Shown in pieces: positions 52,594 to 64,000 of a DNA stretch of 64,000 nt. The notes under the pieces are model-generated. The model saw nothing but the letters and a program-made list of their open reading frames with translations, was not told the origin of the DNA and searched no databases. Source of the stretch: a virus; the IMG/VR virus record IMGVR_UViG_3300010401_000002, positions 15,365 to 79,364 of that record; one strand, written 5' to 3'. How positions within the stretch are numbered: the first letter of the stretch is position 1; every line of letters begins with the position of its first letter. The position numbers and the translations under genes are program-made.

Positions 52594-53517
52594 CAAACAT
52601 ACTACATTGTATGTTATCCTCCAAATTTATTTTGCCGTTTACAATCGCTTATGTTGTAAAGGGTTGATTATGAGATGCAAAAGTTTTATAATTGCCCCGC
52701 GTTGGGCAATGGTATAGGGTGGAGGTTACCTTTACTTATGCCGCTTTTTTGGTTTGCTTATTTACTATCTTATATTCAGGATGCTTTAAAAAGAAATAAC
52801 CTTCTAACTCTTTTACGTCCGCATATACATTAAAATCTTCTGCAAATAACCTATGATATTTTACTCCTAAACATTCACAAGCTAAATGTATAATACATTC
52901 GCCAGTTATCTTTGCAAACATCATTAAATTAGTTGTTTTATGGCTAACCGATATATAACAATAAACTGTTTTACGTCCGCTCCCTATCAATCCTATATGG
53001 TTGCAAATATCATCAGTTAATATCCCCGGCTTAATTCCATAATGTGACTTAATAACTGAAAAGTTTCTCAACATAACAGAAAAGGTTTGATTTATCAAAG
53101 GTTCTGAGGCTTTCAAAATTTTATCAATGGTCTGTTTGTCTGTCTTGTACTTCATGCCGCAAAGTTATATTAAATTATTTTAACGTGTTATAACAGCGAA
53201 TAAATTATTTGTTTATGCAATTAATGTCGCAACATATATTGTTTAAACAATCAATGCAATTGTATTTAATCCTTTTGGCCAACGCCATTAAAACATACGT
53301 AAATAATCGCACCAACATATTATACACTATACTATAGTTTATAACGCATTGATAATTAACGGATTGAGCTTTAAAACATTAATTTGTTTGAGCGGGTGAC
53401 GAGTTGGCAGACGTTGAAATGTTTTTGGAGTGAGCAAAAAACAGGTACCGGGGCGGGTTTTAAACGTGATTTGTGTCGGCATGAGAGGTAGCGTGCCTTG
53501 CCTATGTTACAAAAATA
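52594..53517 (-). promoter_or_regulatory. Three tandem leftward Bacteroidota -7 promoter elements
   Basis: TAnnTTTG on - at 52594-52601, 53160-53167 and 53510-53517. Confidence 0.55.
52736..53155 (-). CDS. Hypothetical protein, first gene of leftward operon
   Basis: 139 aa; ATG 4 nt after a TAACTTTG element. Confidence 0.55.
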   Translation of the reverse strand: MKYKTDKQTIDKILKASEPLINQTFSVMLRNFSVIKSHYGIKPGILTDDICNHIGLIGSGRKTVYCYISVSHKTTNLMMFAKITGECIIHLACECLGVKYHRLFAEDFNVYADVKELEGYFFLKHPEYKIVNKQTKKAA

Positions 53518-54046
53518 AAAAATATAAAAAATTTGTAGAACCCAATACCATCAACGATTTACAGTTCAGTATATGTTAAAATACCACGCGTTAGGGTGTT
53601 ATTACGACAATTCCGTGAACGTGCTTTAAACGGAGGTGAAAAACATAGCCGGTTACAAACGTGTAGGTAGTTAGTTAGTTTCGGAGGCAACGATAAAATA
53701 AGTTAATGTAGAAAATTCAGTTGGTTAAATTTAATTTCAAGTAATCGGCAATCCCCTACAAGTTGGAAATGTGGTTAATCGGAAATGCCGACAGACCATC
53801 TAACCTGAACCACCACATCGAAAAGTCGTGTCGGTTAAATCGGGGAGGGGGATAGCTAACAAACCAAAAATGCAAACAGGGGGTTACATAACCCGTTTAA
53901 AATGCGCGACAATGTCGTTTTTAACCAAATCTACGCACTATCTTAGGTGGTGTGGCGTTACCCACTTCCGCGTGCGAGGCGGAGGAGGGGTAAAAGGCCG
54001 AATAGTGGCATAAAAAAACAGGCTCATTTCATCAAAAAATAAATCC

Positions 54047-54383
54047 GACACGATGTGAAGGTCAAAAAACGCATCGTGTACGCATCGTGTACATCATCAT
54101 GTACGCCTAAAACCATTGATATTACTATATGTTTTTAATTTATGTACACGATGACATGATATATAGAAGAATTGTATATACGCGCGAGAAGAAAGAAAAT
54201 AGAATACATCATGTGTGTGTTTCTACCAGTAAATATAAACCTTCAAAAAATCGTGTCATCGTGTACATTTTCTGTAATTAATTGATTTTGAATATTTATG
54301 AATGTACAGGGTTTGTACACGATAACTAAACCTTAACATTCTATCGTGTACATTTCCTGCCTATCGTGTACAACATCGTGTAC
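54047..54383. repeat. Iteron cluster, probable replication origin
   Basis: Exact ATCGTGTAC at 54073, 54084, 54258, 54343, 54363, 54375 (+) and 54144, 54315 (-), plus variants; AT-rich tract follows; lies upstream of the primase-helicase. Confidence 0.8.
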
Positions 54384-54527
54384 ATAATGGGCAAAATCAG
54401 CCACAAAAATAAAAATGTAAATAAAAATAAATATTGAACAATGGCATGTTGATAAGTATTTTTTATTTATTTTGCTATTGTTATTTTTTTGATTTTAATT
54501 TGTACCGTTTTAAAAGATAAAGTAATA

Positions 54528-54740
54528 ATGTCAGAGGTAAAGGTTTTGGAAACAAGAGGTTCAAAAAGGAAGTATGATTTCTCTGCTCTTTCACAAGTTG
54601 GTAGTATTATGGAGTTTGAGAATACGACCACAAATACCATAAGGGGGAGTGCAATGTATTATATTGAGTCCAATGGGCTGGATTGGAATATAAGGTGTTA
54701 CACACAGGGCGAAACGGTTTGTATTGTTAGAACCAAGTAA
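54528..54740 (+). CDS. Small putative DNA-binding protein
   Basis: RKYDFSALSQVGS...IVRTK phage motif; ATG at 54528. Confidence 0.55.
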   Translation: MSEVKVLETRGSKRKYDFSALSQVGSIMEFENTTTNTIRGSAMYYIESNGLDWNIRCYTQGETVCIVRTK

Positions 54741-54764
54741 ATAAGGTGCAATAAATTATGAAAT

Positions 54765-57440
54765 TTGACAACCTTTAACAATCAAATCGCACCAATGATG
54801 GCTACTGAAAATAAGGCAGCAATAGACTACTACGAATATATAGAAGCTGGCATACAGGTTATTCCTGTACAGTACGATATTGAAACAAAGCAGGTTGAGT
54901 ACTACCCTAATTGGAAACAGGACACAGCCAATGGTACAAAGCCGGTCACGAAGGAATTAATGCAAAAGTGGCTTGCGAAAGAAGGAAAGCCCGCACCAAA
55001 AACGAATAAAGTAGTAGTATTTAATGGGATGGCGGTTTTACTTACAGGAAACCTTTATGCCTTTGACTTTGATGCTAAGAACTCGCCCAATAAAATTTCA
55101 AAGTATGGGGAGTGGGTGGATGGGGTAAGCAGCATTGATTCTGATATGGTGCAGAATTGCCCGTCAGAAATGACGCGGACGGACGGACACCACCTGTATT
55201 TCAGGCATAACGGGGATTTGCCGTGTGGCAAACTGGCAATGAGTGATGATGGTGAAATGATTTCGTTGCGTGGAGGTGGTTTATTGTCATTCTGCTATCC
55301 GACACCTGATTACAGGGAAATTAATTCAGGGTTGTTGGAGGGGATACCACTACTAACAAGAGAGCAGGCAGATGCGATGATGCAGGTAGCGGCAATGCTT
55401 AACCTTAAAAAGTTAAAGATTGAAGATAAAGATGCCCCGCATGAGCCGACTGAATACCCAAAGCGAATAAGTGCCATGTGCAGAAAGTTTGATTATTGCT
55501 CAAATGACAGCACAATACCCGATTTGGTTATTTCGGTTGGAGGCAAGCAGGTCAGCACAGGCAAAATGAATCATCAATATAAAGGAGAGATAGTTAAGTC
55601 TGAATATGTTACCTATTTAAGACCGGGGAAAGATGGTGTAAGAGATAACGATAAGCAGTACAGCGCGAAGTATTTTGTATCATCTAAGCGGTTGGTTAAT
55701 TTTAGTGGTTCATGGGATATATTTCCTTCTCCCGAAGATGAAGCGGTGGATTTTAGCGGCAGCGCAAAGAAAGAGGTTAAGCAGAAACTGTATGTAATGA
55801 CACCTGTTATGGTGGTTTATCACACAAGTGGTAAGAGTTGGGATTCAGCCGTTGAATCCATGAGAAGAATAGCGCAGCAACAGGGATTTGAACTGGACGA
55901 AGATGACGAACAGTACCCCTTGGGAAAGTGGTGGAGTTACATTAAAAAGGATTCAAGGGGAAAAATCATTGAAATTCCAGTTTATAATGTAGTTGATTTT
56001 GAAAAATGGCTTGTTGAATATGGTTTTGCATGGTATGGAAAGCAGTTGGTCTTAGCCACGAACGGAATAATAAAGGAAGTGGATTTGGTGTTTGTGAGAA
56101 AGGCAGCAAAGGATTACATCAAGCCGCTTGAAGAAGCGGAAGGGGAAATGATGAATTTTCTTACAAAAGAGATAAACAAAGACATTACTCCATCGTTCAG
56201 CGCGCTAAGAAAAATACAGGATGAAAATATACTAAGAGATACCTACGATTACTGCTACATTGCCTTTACGAATGGGGTAGTTGTAATAGACAAGGCCGGA
56301 AACATGAGATTGGTGTATGCAAGTGAGCTTAAAAGATATATTTGGGAAGAAACGATACTACAACATGAAATTACCATACAAACAACGCTTCCGAAATTAG
56401 AGAGTATTCCATTTGCAGATTTTTGTAATAAAATAAGCTGCGGCATTGCAGATAATTTCAAAACAATCACGACAACCATTGGATATTTGATACATGAATA
56501 CAAAAAGCAGGAAGAACCCGTTGCGATAATATTTGCAGAAGATACTAAAGAGGTAAAAGATGGTGGCGGTCGCGGAAAAGGAGTTACGGTAAAGGCGGTT
56601 GGTTGCATCAGGAAAACCATAACGATAAACGGAAAAACATTTGACCCGTCTGCGTCATTTGCGTTTCAAAGGGTGACAGGAGATGTGAGGGTGGTGTGTA
56701 TAGATGACATTCAAAAAAAGTCACAGTTTGAAATGTATAATTCGACTATATCGGAAGGGTTGACGGTAAACAGGAAGGGTAAAGAAGAAAGATGGATACC
56801 GTATCAGTATTCGCCAAAGATTGTGTTCACGACAAATTATACGATTGATAATGAGGCGGTATTTGAAAAGAGAAGACAGCGAATATTTTTATATGGCGAT
56901 TATTTCAGCGCAACAAGAACACCTGCAATAGAATACGGACACGTTTTTTTTGTAGATTGGAATAAATCTCAATGGAATGATTTTTACAACTTCATGTTTT
57001 ACTGCGTTAAAATGTACATGCAGCATGGAATTTTGGAAATGGACGTTACAGAAAACTATAAGGAAAAGGCGATAACTAATAAATACAGTGAGGAATTTTT
57101 GGATTGGATTAAAGACAACCATGATTTTTTTATGGCGGGATACAGGCCGTTTAATGAGCAGTACAAGGGATTTTTAGAGTTTTCGAGCTTTGATAAAAAT
57201 AAATATTCGTCAAAGCAATTAAGTAACGCAATAAAATCTTATGCAGAGTTTCACGGATTGGTGGTCGAAAAAGACAGGTCATCGCAAGTTGGACGGGAAT
57301 TAATGTTCCGATTGGTTGATAAAAAAGCCCCTGTTGATTTAAATGCGGATTTGAAGGACGAAGCAAATAACAATAGCGAAGGGGTGGACAATGGAATAGG
57401 GACAGGTAAAGATGAAAACGAAGGCGAATTACCCTTTTAA
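54765..57440 (+). CDS. Bifunctional primase-polymerase (Prim-Pol) plus D5/SF3-like helicase
   Basis: FDFDAKN and TRTDGHHLYF (AEP motifs); Walker A GGRGKG, Walker B VCIDD, motif C FTTN. Probable true start is the ATG near 54795. Confidence 0.85.
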   Translation: MTTFNNQIAPMMATENKAAIDYYEYIEAGIQVIPVQYDIETKQVEYYPNWKQDTANGTKPVTKELMQKWLAKEGKPAPKTNKVVVFNGMAVLLTGNLYAFDFDAKNSPNKISKYGEWVDGVSSIDSDMVQNCPSEMTRTDGHHLYFRHNGDLPCGKLAMSDDGEMISLRGGGLLSFCYPTPDYREINSGLLEGIPLLTREQADAMMQVAAMLNLKKLKIEDKDAPHEPTEYPKRISAMCRKFDYCSNDSTIPDLVISVGGKQVSTGKMNHQYKGEIVKSEYVTYLRPGKDGVRDNDKQYSAKYFVSSKRLVNFSGSWDIFPSPEDEAVDFSGSAKKEVKQKLYVMTPVMVVYHTSGKSWDSAVESMRRIAQQQGFELDEDDEQYPLGKWWSYIKKDSRGKIIEIPVYNVVDFEKWLVEYGFAWYGKQLVLATNGIIKEVDLVFVRKAAKDYIKPLEEAEGEMMNFLTKEINKDITPSFSALRKIQDENILRDTYDYCYIAFTNGVVVIDKAGNMRLVYASELKRYIWEETILQHEITIQTTLPKLESIPFADFCNKISCGIADNFKTITTTIGYLIHEYKKQEEPVAIIFAEDTKEVKDGGGRGKGVTVKAVGCIRKTITINGKTFDPSASFAFQRVTGDVRVVCIDDIQKKSQFEMYNSTISEGLTVNRKGKEERWIPYQYSPKIVFTTNYTIDNEAVFEKRRQRIFLYGDYFSATRTPAIEYGHVFFVDWNKSQWNDFYNFMFYCVKMYMQHGILEMDVTENYKEKAITNKYSEEFLDWIKDNHDFFMAGYRPFNEQYKGFLEFSSFDKNKYSSKQLSNAIKSYAEFHGLVVEKDRSSQVGRELMFRLVDKKAPVDLNADLKDEANNNSEGVDNGIGTGKDENEGELPF

Positions 57441-57450
57441 ATAACACAAA

Positions 57451-57783
57451 ATGAATCGTTTAGTCCCATTAAAATGCAAAAGTTGTGGAATTGAGGCCGA
57501 AAGTGGATTTTCGGTATCAGGGCAGCACGTAAAACAGGAGTGTAGAAACTGCTTAACTTACATTAAGTTTTACAAGCAGGAAGAACTACCGACAATTGCA
57601 GATATAAAAGCACGAATATTTGATTTGAACGATAAGGATTTGAAAAAAGTGAATGATTTGAAAAATAAAGTTGAGTTTGAAGAAACCGCAGTTCCAAACA
57701 AAAGATTTTGTGAATACTGGAAATTATATTTAGCGTCACGGGATGGGAGTAGTGTATCAAAACAAGGTGAGTTAGGATTATAA
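57451..57783 (+). CDS. Zinc-ribbon protein
   Basis: CKSC ... CRNC. Confidence 0.55.
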   Translation: MNRLVPLKCKSCGIEAESGFSVSGQHVKQECRNCLTYIKFYKQEELPTIADIKARIFDLNDKDLKKVNDLKNKVEFEETAVPNKRFCEYWKLYLASRDGSSVSKQGELGL

Positions 57784-58061
57784 AATAAAAAAGGCATGGT
57801 AAAACTATTAAGAACAGACGGAGGTGGCAGCAGCACTACAGATGAAAGACTTGAACTTTTGTACAGAATGATAAAACATTGGCTGTATATGGTTGATGTA
57901 GATAAATGGATTGCAGAGTTACACGACCATGAAGGCGACTTAACGGTTACTTGGTTTTATGAACCAAACAAAGACATGAAAAAGGTGGTTAAGGAAGCAT
58001 GGGAGTATCTTTCAGAATACAATATAGAACACGTTGTTGACCCGCATTACTGGATAAGATT

Positions 58062-58343
58062 ATGACGCGCTCGCAATACCGTTCACAATTAAAAACAAAA
58101 AAATGGTTTGAGTTTAGGGCGTGGATATTAGAATATTACGGAGAAAAGTGTTTTAGTTGCGGAAAGTCAGAAAGGTTGCAAGTACATCACAGGTGGTATA
58201 TAGATAAAAGGAAAGCGTGGGAATATAACACAAAGGATATGGAAATTTACTGTTACAAGTGCCATAAGTTATTTCACAAAGAACACGCAATAAAATTTTA
58301 TACAGCAGATTTAAAATTGAAATATAAAAAGTTTACAAAATGA
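58062..58343 (+). CDS. HNH endonuclease
   Basis: CFSCG, LQVHH, CYKCHKLFH. Confidence 0.8.
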   Translation: MTRSQYRSQLKTKKWFEFRAWILEYYGEKCFSCGKSERLQVHHRWYIDKRKAWEYNTKDMEIYCYKCHKLFHKEHAIKFYTADLKLKYKKFTK

Positions 58344-58854
58344 ACCGCCCGAAAAATTGATAGTTACCAAACAGAAATGTGGCGGCAGAGGGAGTGGGGG
58401 AGGGATAGGGAATAAAGTTGAATTATAAAAATAAATAAAATGAAACTTACAGTACAAATAGGTAAGGACGAAGTAACAGGCCAAATCATAGCGTACAACC
58501 CACAACTTGAAGTGAGTGGATACGGGGAAACAAAAGATAAAGCGGTTGAAATGATGAAGTTTAATATGATTGAAGAATTAAAACATTCGGAAATAGACGA
58601 TTGGGATTTATTGTATATACAGTCAGTGGGTGGTAACATTTTAACCCCCACCCAACCAAAGTAAAAATTGAAATGAGCGATAGGGATGAATTACTAAAGG
58701 AAGCATTGGAAATAATATGGTATGCAAATCAAGGATATTTTATTCAAGATAGAGCAACCGAATTTATGAAGAAATTAAAATACGATTATTACAACAGGGA
58801 AAAGTGGGCACTCAATGCCCATGTCGAAACAACGAGGTCAAAAGAATCATTGAA

Positions 58855-59724
58855 ATGACAACATCGAAACCGAAGTTATTGATTAGTTTTAGCGGAGGCC
58901 GCACATCAGGGTATATGCTAAAGTGGTGTTGGGATAATCTGCAAGACAAATATGAAATGATTGTGGTATTTGCCAATACGGGCAAAGAAGTTGAGGGCAC
59001 GTTAAAGTTTGTTTTTGATTGCGAATATTATTGGAAGATACCGATAGTATGGGTTGAATCAAGATGCAAGGACGATGAAGGTGTTCCATATTCTGAAAAA
59101 GGGTGGCAAGTGAAACACAAGGTTGTTGATTTTTTAACTGCATCGAGAAATGGAGAACCGTTTGAAGAAATGATTTCAATGTTGGGAATACCTTCAACTA
59201 ACACTCCGTTCTGCTCCTATCAATTAAAAAAATATGCAATAGAATCTTATTTAGAAGATATTGGTTGGAAGAATTATAGTATAGCGATAGGGATAAGAGT
59301 GGATGAGATTGACCGAATGAGCGAACATTGGAAGCGGGACAAAATTATATATCCGTTGATTTCTATGGTTCCAACAAGAAAAGTTGATATTTTATATTGG
59401 TGGAATCAGCAGGATTTTAATTTAGAGATTCACCCATACGAAGGCAATTGCGATAACTGCTGGAAAAAAGACATGAAAAAATTGTGTCACAATTCAAGGA
59501 GAAACCCAAGCAGCTTCGATTGGTGGAAAGAAATGCAGGTTAAATATGGTTACTTAATTCCAAGAGAATCTAAAATTAAATTACGCCCACCGTTTAATTT
59601 TTATCGCGGAAATAAAAGCGTTGAGGATATATTTGAGTTAGCACAATTAGAGGATACGCAATTGGAATTATTTGCAGAAGATAATAGTTTAAACGGATGT
59701 AATGAAAGTTGTGAGGCGTTTTAA
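58855..59724 (+). CDS. PAPS-reductase/DndC-like PP-loop Fe-S protein
   Basis: [11 protein letters not shown]-loop, FANTGKE, CSYQLK, GIRVDE, GNCDNC, CNESCE. Confidence 0.85.
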   Translation: MTTSKPKLLISFSGGRTSGYMLKWCWDNLQDKYEMIVVFANTGKEVEGTLKFVFDCEYYWKIPIVWVESRCKDDEGVPYSEKGWQVKHKVVDFLTASRNGEPFEEMISMLGIPSTNTPFCSYQLKKYAIESYLEDIGWKNYSIAIGIRVDEIDRMSEHWKRDKIIYPLISMVPTRKVDILYWWNQQDFNLEIHPYEGNCDNCWKKDMKKLCHNSRRNPSSFDWWKEMQVKYGYLIPRESKIKLRPPFNFYRGNKSVEDIFELAQLEDTQLELFAEDNSLNGCNESCEAF

Positions 59725-60286
59725 CCCCCTCGCGCATGGGTTTAATTTGAAAAATGGAACGTGATTCAATAGACAACTATATCTGCAAGTTGGAGTGGGA
59801 AAATGAAAAGTTAAAGGCGCAGATAAAGAAATTAAAAGAACGAATTAAGAAGTTAATCAAATGACATTCACATTGAAACTAACGTTATCTGCACTTATAA
59901 CATACTGCAAGAATTGTAAACTTGCGGAGGTAAAACATGAGTATGCTATTTATGATGCCGCAAGGTGTGTAAGGCGCGGAATACGTTACTTAAAAGATAA
60001 GCATAAATTGCTACTCAATCAGGATAAAGAAAGTTCTATTGGCTATCTTTTAGAAGATTCGGACAGAAAAATGCTAACCACATTGGCTGAATTAGAGTTA
60101 AGCGAAATGAAAGAAGGTGACGATAGAAATATTGATGAATTGATTGACGAGCCGTATCTGTTAAAGATAATTAAGGAAATAAAATCAGAAAGAGTTGAAC
60201 TGCAAAAGAAGTTTGATTCACTTACGGATAAGATAATGGAGATTGAAAAACACATTAATAAAAATAAATAAAACAAAAACAAAACT

Positions 60287-60655
60287 ATGCAAGCATCAGG
60301 AAAGTTAAAAAAGATTTTAGGAATCAAGGAATATTCAAAACGTGACGGCACTAAGGGTCGCAAGCAATTATTCGTAATCGAAGTTCAAAACGGACAGTAC
60401 AGCGATGATATTGCCTTTGAAATAATGCAGGACACCGTAATGAAGTGGATTGAAAAGTATAAGGTCGGTGATTCGGTTACGGTTGATTTTAATCTAAAGT
60501 CACGGGCTTGGAACGATACCTATATAACATCGGCTACGGCATGGAAGATTGCAGGTGAAGCAGGTGCTGTTAATGCTTCGACACCCGCAACCTCGCAACC
60601 CGCAGGAGAAACGCAACAGATACCGGATAGTACAGAGCAACAGTTACCGTTTTAA
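60287..60655 (+). CDS. DUF3127 family single-stranded DNA-binding protein
   Basis: RKQLFVIE, VTVDFNLKSRAWN, AWKI and tail QQLPF. Confidence 0.85.
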   Translation: MQASGKLKKILGIKEYSKRDGTKGRKQLFVIEVQNGQYSDDIAFEIMQDTVMKWIEKYKVGDSVTVDFNLKSRAWNDTYITSATAWKIAGEAGAVNASTPATSQPAGETQQIPDSTEQQLPF

Positions 60656-60666
60656 ATATACGCAAC

Positions 60667-63538
60667 ATGGGAGAACTAAAATCAAAGTATAGCAATGAAG
60701 ATATAAGTCAGTATATCTTAAACCATGAAATAGAGATAAAGCCAAAAACATGGATTTATTGGAAGTGGCGTGATGACAGCCATAAAACATATTCTAAGTC
60801 TTGGGTTCAGGATATAATAGAAACGCAATGCGGTGACTTGTTAGAAATAACCGATACTGAATCGTGGAGTAAATATCCAACACGAATATTGAAGGTTGAT
60901 ATTAATATTATTCTGTCTAACAATGCTTCTTAAACAATTGGATGACGGAGGGGAAAATGTATGATTGAGATGAATAAAAATAAAACATTATGAGCGAAAC
61001 AATAAAGCAACACGATTGCACAGAATACGCGAAGATAAATTGCAATTGCCCACAAGGGTTCTGCAAGTATAAGGGAATTGAAATTAGCAGAGCAGTACAA
61101 ACATTAGTGGCACACCTAAAGTCAGACCCAGAATTTCATAATGGTTGGAAAGATAACATCGCAGTTGCAATACAAAACTCGTATAAGGATTTATATCCGA
61201 TAACAAGCAGGAGTGGCGTTGTTGACATTAAGGTGCTTTCAAATAATGCAGCAGAAAGATTTTTGTTTAATTTAATCAATGCAGAATGATGGAATCAGAA
61301 AAGAAAAAAACGAAGGAAAATTGTTTAAGAAATTTAGCACAGGATATGCTTATGCACTTTGTGAAACATGGAAACGAAAAAAACGAGGATGGAATGCCCG
61401 AATCAAAAAGAATTGAAACGAAAATCGGTGGCGACACTTTGTATTTAAGGTATGATGCAGTAGTTAGGTATATTAATACGAAAGTGAGGCAGATGGTATG
61501 AAAAACACAATCCCATTAATAGACGAAATATTTTCATCGCCAAAAGCTTCTTACAAAAGATTTAGTAATGTATATCGTCCAGATAGCGTTCCATTTTGCG
61601 AAATTGGAATGATAGCAAAGTCAGAGAATATGAAAGTGCCGTTGCCAAAAAGGATAATAAACGCAATTAAATACATTTTTGGCTGTGGCACAATCGTAAG
61701 GTTTTTTGAAGATTATACTTTAGAAGAACAAAAAGAATATTTCAGAGCAAATGTTTATCAAAAAGAAATAAAGAAATGACACAAGAAACAAACAGGTTTA
61801 GGAATTTTTTCTTTAAAAAATTTACCGCAACTCATGGCGACTTTTATGGTGGCGACAATGAAGAACTAAAGAAGCACTTTATGTCAGGCGAAGTTAAAGT
61901 TCCTGTTCCAGATATATTTAGGCTCGTTGATGAATATGAAAACTATTTCAAAATTGCTGACATTCAGTGGCCAGATAGTTTCGTTGCTTCGCAGGAGTGG
62001 AATGAAGTGAAAGGAGAATGGATAGGCGACGGCTGGTGGTATATGGGTTGTCCAGTTGATGAAACTGAATATAAAATACTTGAAGTTTTTGATAGAGATA
62101 AGCACTACCATCCAATATTAGCTGATTTTGTAAAGATAAAATAACATGAGAGGACAGAGAAGCAATTTTGATAGATTATTGTCAGGAGAAAGCCCAAACA
62201 GTGAGGTATGTTCAAGGCATTGGCACAATCAACCTGACGAGCCATGCACTTGCCCAAAGAATAAACCCAAATATCACGTAGTTGAATATGCGGGGTTCTT
62301 TAAAATACAAGAAGGCGATAAATATGGCGATGTAGATATTTTAAATGCCGAAGATGTTGGATATGAACAGGCAAAGGCTAATGCGGAAAGAATAGTTAAA
62401 CTTTTAAATTTATAAATTATGAACAAAAAAATAAGCATTGACGGGCTAACTATCGGAAGCAAAGCCCTTAGAAAAAAAGACAGTCACGGCACAATAGAAT
62501 GGATTGAGTTTACGATTAACGAAACGTATCTTCCGCTAATGGCCGAATTTCCAAAAGATTACAGGCATATTAATGGAGGAGAAATAAACCCGCACGGATG
62601 GGCGGTAGGTAAAGTAAAATGTGATATATGTTCGCACGAATGGATTGGTGTCCGTCCTTCAAACCAAACTAAATTGGAGTGCCCCAATTGTAAACAGGTT
62701 GCACATTTTGAGGAGATTGGTGTATGATAACCCTGCATTGGGCTTACTTAGCCCTATTCCCGGCACTGTTTTTAATGGCGTTTTGGCTATACAAGATTAA
62801 TAAAAATGCAGGTGGTGCTTATGATTTTGCAACTCCGTTTTTATTGCTGTTGTGGTTGGCGGTGCTGGCTATACTCTCACTTATATTTACATTCTTAATA
62901 ATATATACTTAACCCCCGCACCCCAAAACACAAAAATTATGAAACGATATAAACTTTTAAACCCACTTCCCGATGCCAAAGCAGGTGACATCTACGCATG
63001 GAACGGACAGGGGTACAGAAACGAAACAAGAACTTCAACTGTAATAAGTAAGATTTGGGTCGAGAATACGGTTGATTGGTTTCAAGAGATAAAAGAGGTT
63101 GAGTATCCGGTGGGGATACTGGAATGGACTACGGGTTACGGAGAGAAAACAGAACTATCAAAGTGGTTCGGAACATACCAGTCGTGGTGTAAAGACAATG
63201 AGGGTGGTAAAATCACCAAAGTTCAGAACAACAAAGGTGAAGTGTTTCAGATTGGGGACACTGTAACGGGTGGAGAAAGAAAACCGTTTATAATAAAAGA
63301 ATTTAATATAGGAGTAAGTGGAAAATTATGCGCCTATAGTAAAGGTGATGAAATACTGCGAATAGAACCTATTGATGATGCTACAAAGGTGGATAAGACT
63401 TTCACACCCCAGCAAATCAACACCGCCCTCGACAAAGCATACAACAACCTCGGACAAACAGTATGCGAAGGTTTAATCAGAAACAATGCAGACCCTATAA
63501 TTGCAAGGTTCAAACAAATACTATTTAATAATTTATGA
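60667..63538 (+). other. Array of small hypothetical genes
   Basis: About 9 coupled ORFs, including a CxxC..CxxC protein (62419-62727) and a membrane peptide (62724-62912). Confidence 0.6.
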
Positions 63539-63990
63539 ACAACAACCCCACCCCACTATCACAAAGCAGATTCGCTACGGATGAAGAAAGGCGCGCAGCT
63601 TATTTTGGAGCAAACCTAAGAATAGGCAAGAAGAAATCGCCAAGCAACTCGCTGACACAAGCGGTTATTGATTACGTGAAACTTAATGGTGGTATAGCTC
63701 GAAGGGTTAATACCCAAGGCACTTACGTTGAAGCCCAATACAACGAACGTGGTGTACAAGTAAAAGGCACAGGTGCTTACAGAAAAAGCGGAATGAAGCG
63801 GGGTTTTGAAGACGTTAGTTGCATAATTCCTCCGCATGGAAAATATCTTGCAGTAGAAATAAAAATTGAGCGCGACAAACTTTCACCAGAGCAAATTGAA
63901 CGTAAGGCAGAGGTTGAGCGTGTCGGTGGCATATACTACGAAGCAAAAGATATAAATAGTTTTATAACATTTTACGATGGCATCAAATAA
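63535..63990 (+). CDS. VRR-NUC family nuclease (possible Holliday junction resolvase)
   Basis: GFEDV, AVEIK, LSPEQ, GGIYY PD-(D/E)xK motifs. Confidence 0.8.
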   Translation: MNNNPTPLSQSRFATDEERRAAYFGANLRIGKKKSPSNSLTQAVIDYVKLNGGIARRVNTQGTYVEAQYNERGVQVKGTGAYRKSGMKRGFEDVSCIIPPHGKYLAVEIKIERDKLSPEQIERKAEVERVGGIYYEAKDINSFITFYDGIK

Positions 63991-64000
63991 ACCACAATTC

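Noticed and set aside
53170-54046. tRNA or known ncRNA, or the 53828-54013 ORF
   Set aside because: No cloverleaf or T-loop motif recognised; the ORF has a GTG start and atypical composition.
54047-54383. Mini-CRISPR array
   Set aside because: Repeats are 9 bp, irregularly spaced and in both orientations.
1-64000. Stop-codon reassignment as in some crAss-like phages
   Set aside because: Long genes are intact in the standard code; TAA, TGA and TAG all end genes at sensible junctions; no suppressor tRNA seen.

Overview
The window is a 64-kb segment of a tailed dsDNA phage or prophage of a Bacteroidota host. Host assignment rests on TAnnTTTG promoters, a DUF3127-type SSB and A-rich start regions that mostly lack a Shine-Dalgarno. 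The terminase, portal and tail proteins look crAss-like/podovirus-like. Layout: (1) 1-18.8 kb (+): tail stabilisation protein (5'-truncated), three probable ejected virion proteins including a 2807-aa polyvalent protein, TerS?, TerL and portal. (2) 18.8-21.4 kb (-): small operon with an RHH-like regulator and a catalytically intact tyrosine recombinase. (3) 21.6-26.4 kb (+): fibre-like and membrane/holin-like genes. (4) 26.4-41.7 kb (+): recombination/accessory operon (beta-clamp-like, YqaJ exonuclease, secreted metalloprotease, secreted LamG/GH-like protein). (5) 41.8-53.2 kb (-): many small early genes (pentapeptide repeat, DnaA-CTD-like, MucR-like, HTH). (6) 53.2-54.5 kb: non-coding region with ATCGTGTAC iterons and IHF-like sites, the probable origin. 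(7) 54.5-64 kb (+): replication operon (primase-helicase, HNH, PAPS-reductase family, SSB, VRR-NUC). No capsid gene, DNA or RNA polymerase, endolysin, tRNA or CRISPR array was recognised. The most notable signal is in the giant virion protein gene. It encodes an R-S-E type ADP-ribosyltransferase-like domain and TPRs, and contains small +1-frame nested ORFs, one of which (MPFKSKAQQRYL...) looks like a genuine stand-alone phage gene. All family calls come from motif recognition by eye; no searches were run.
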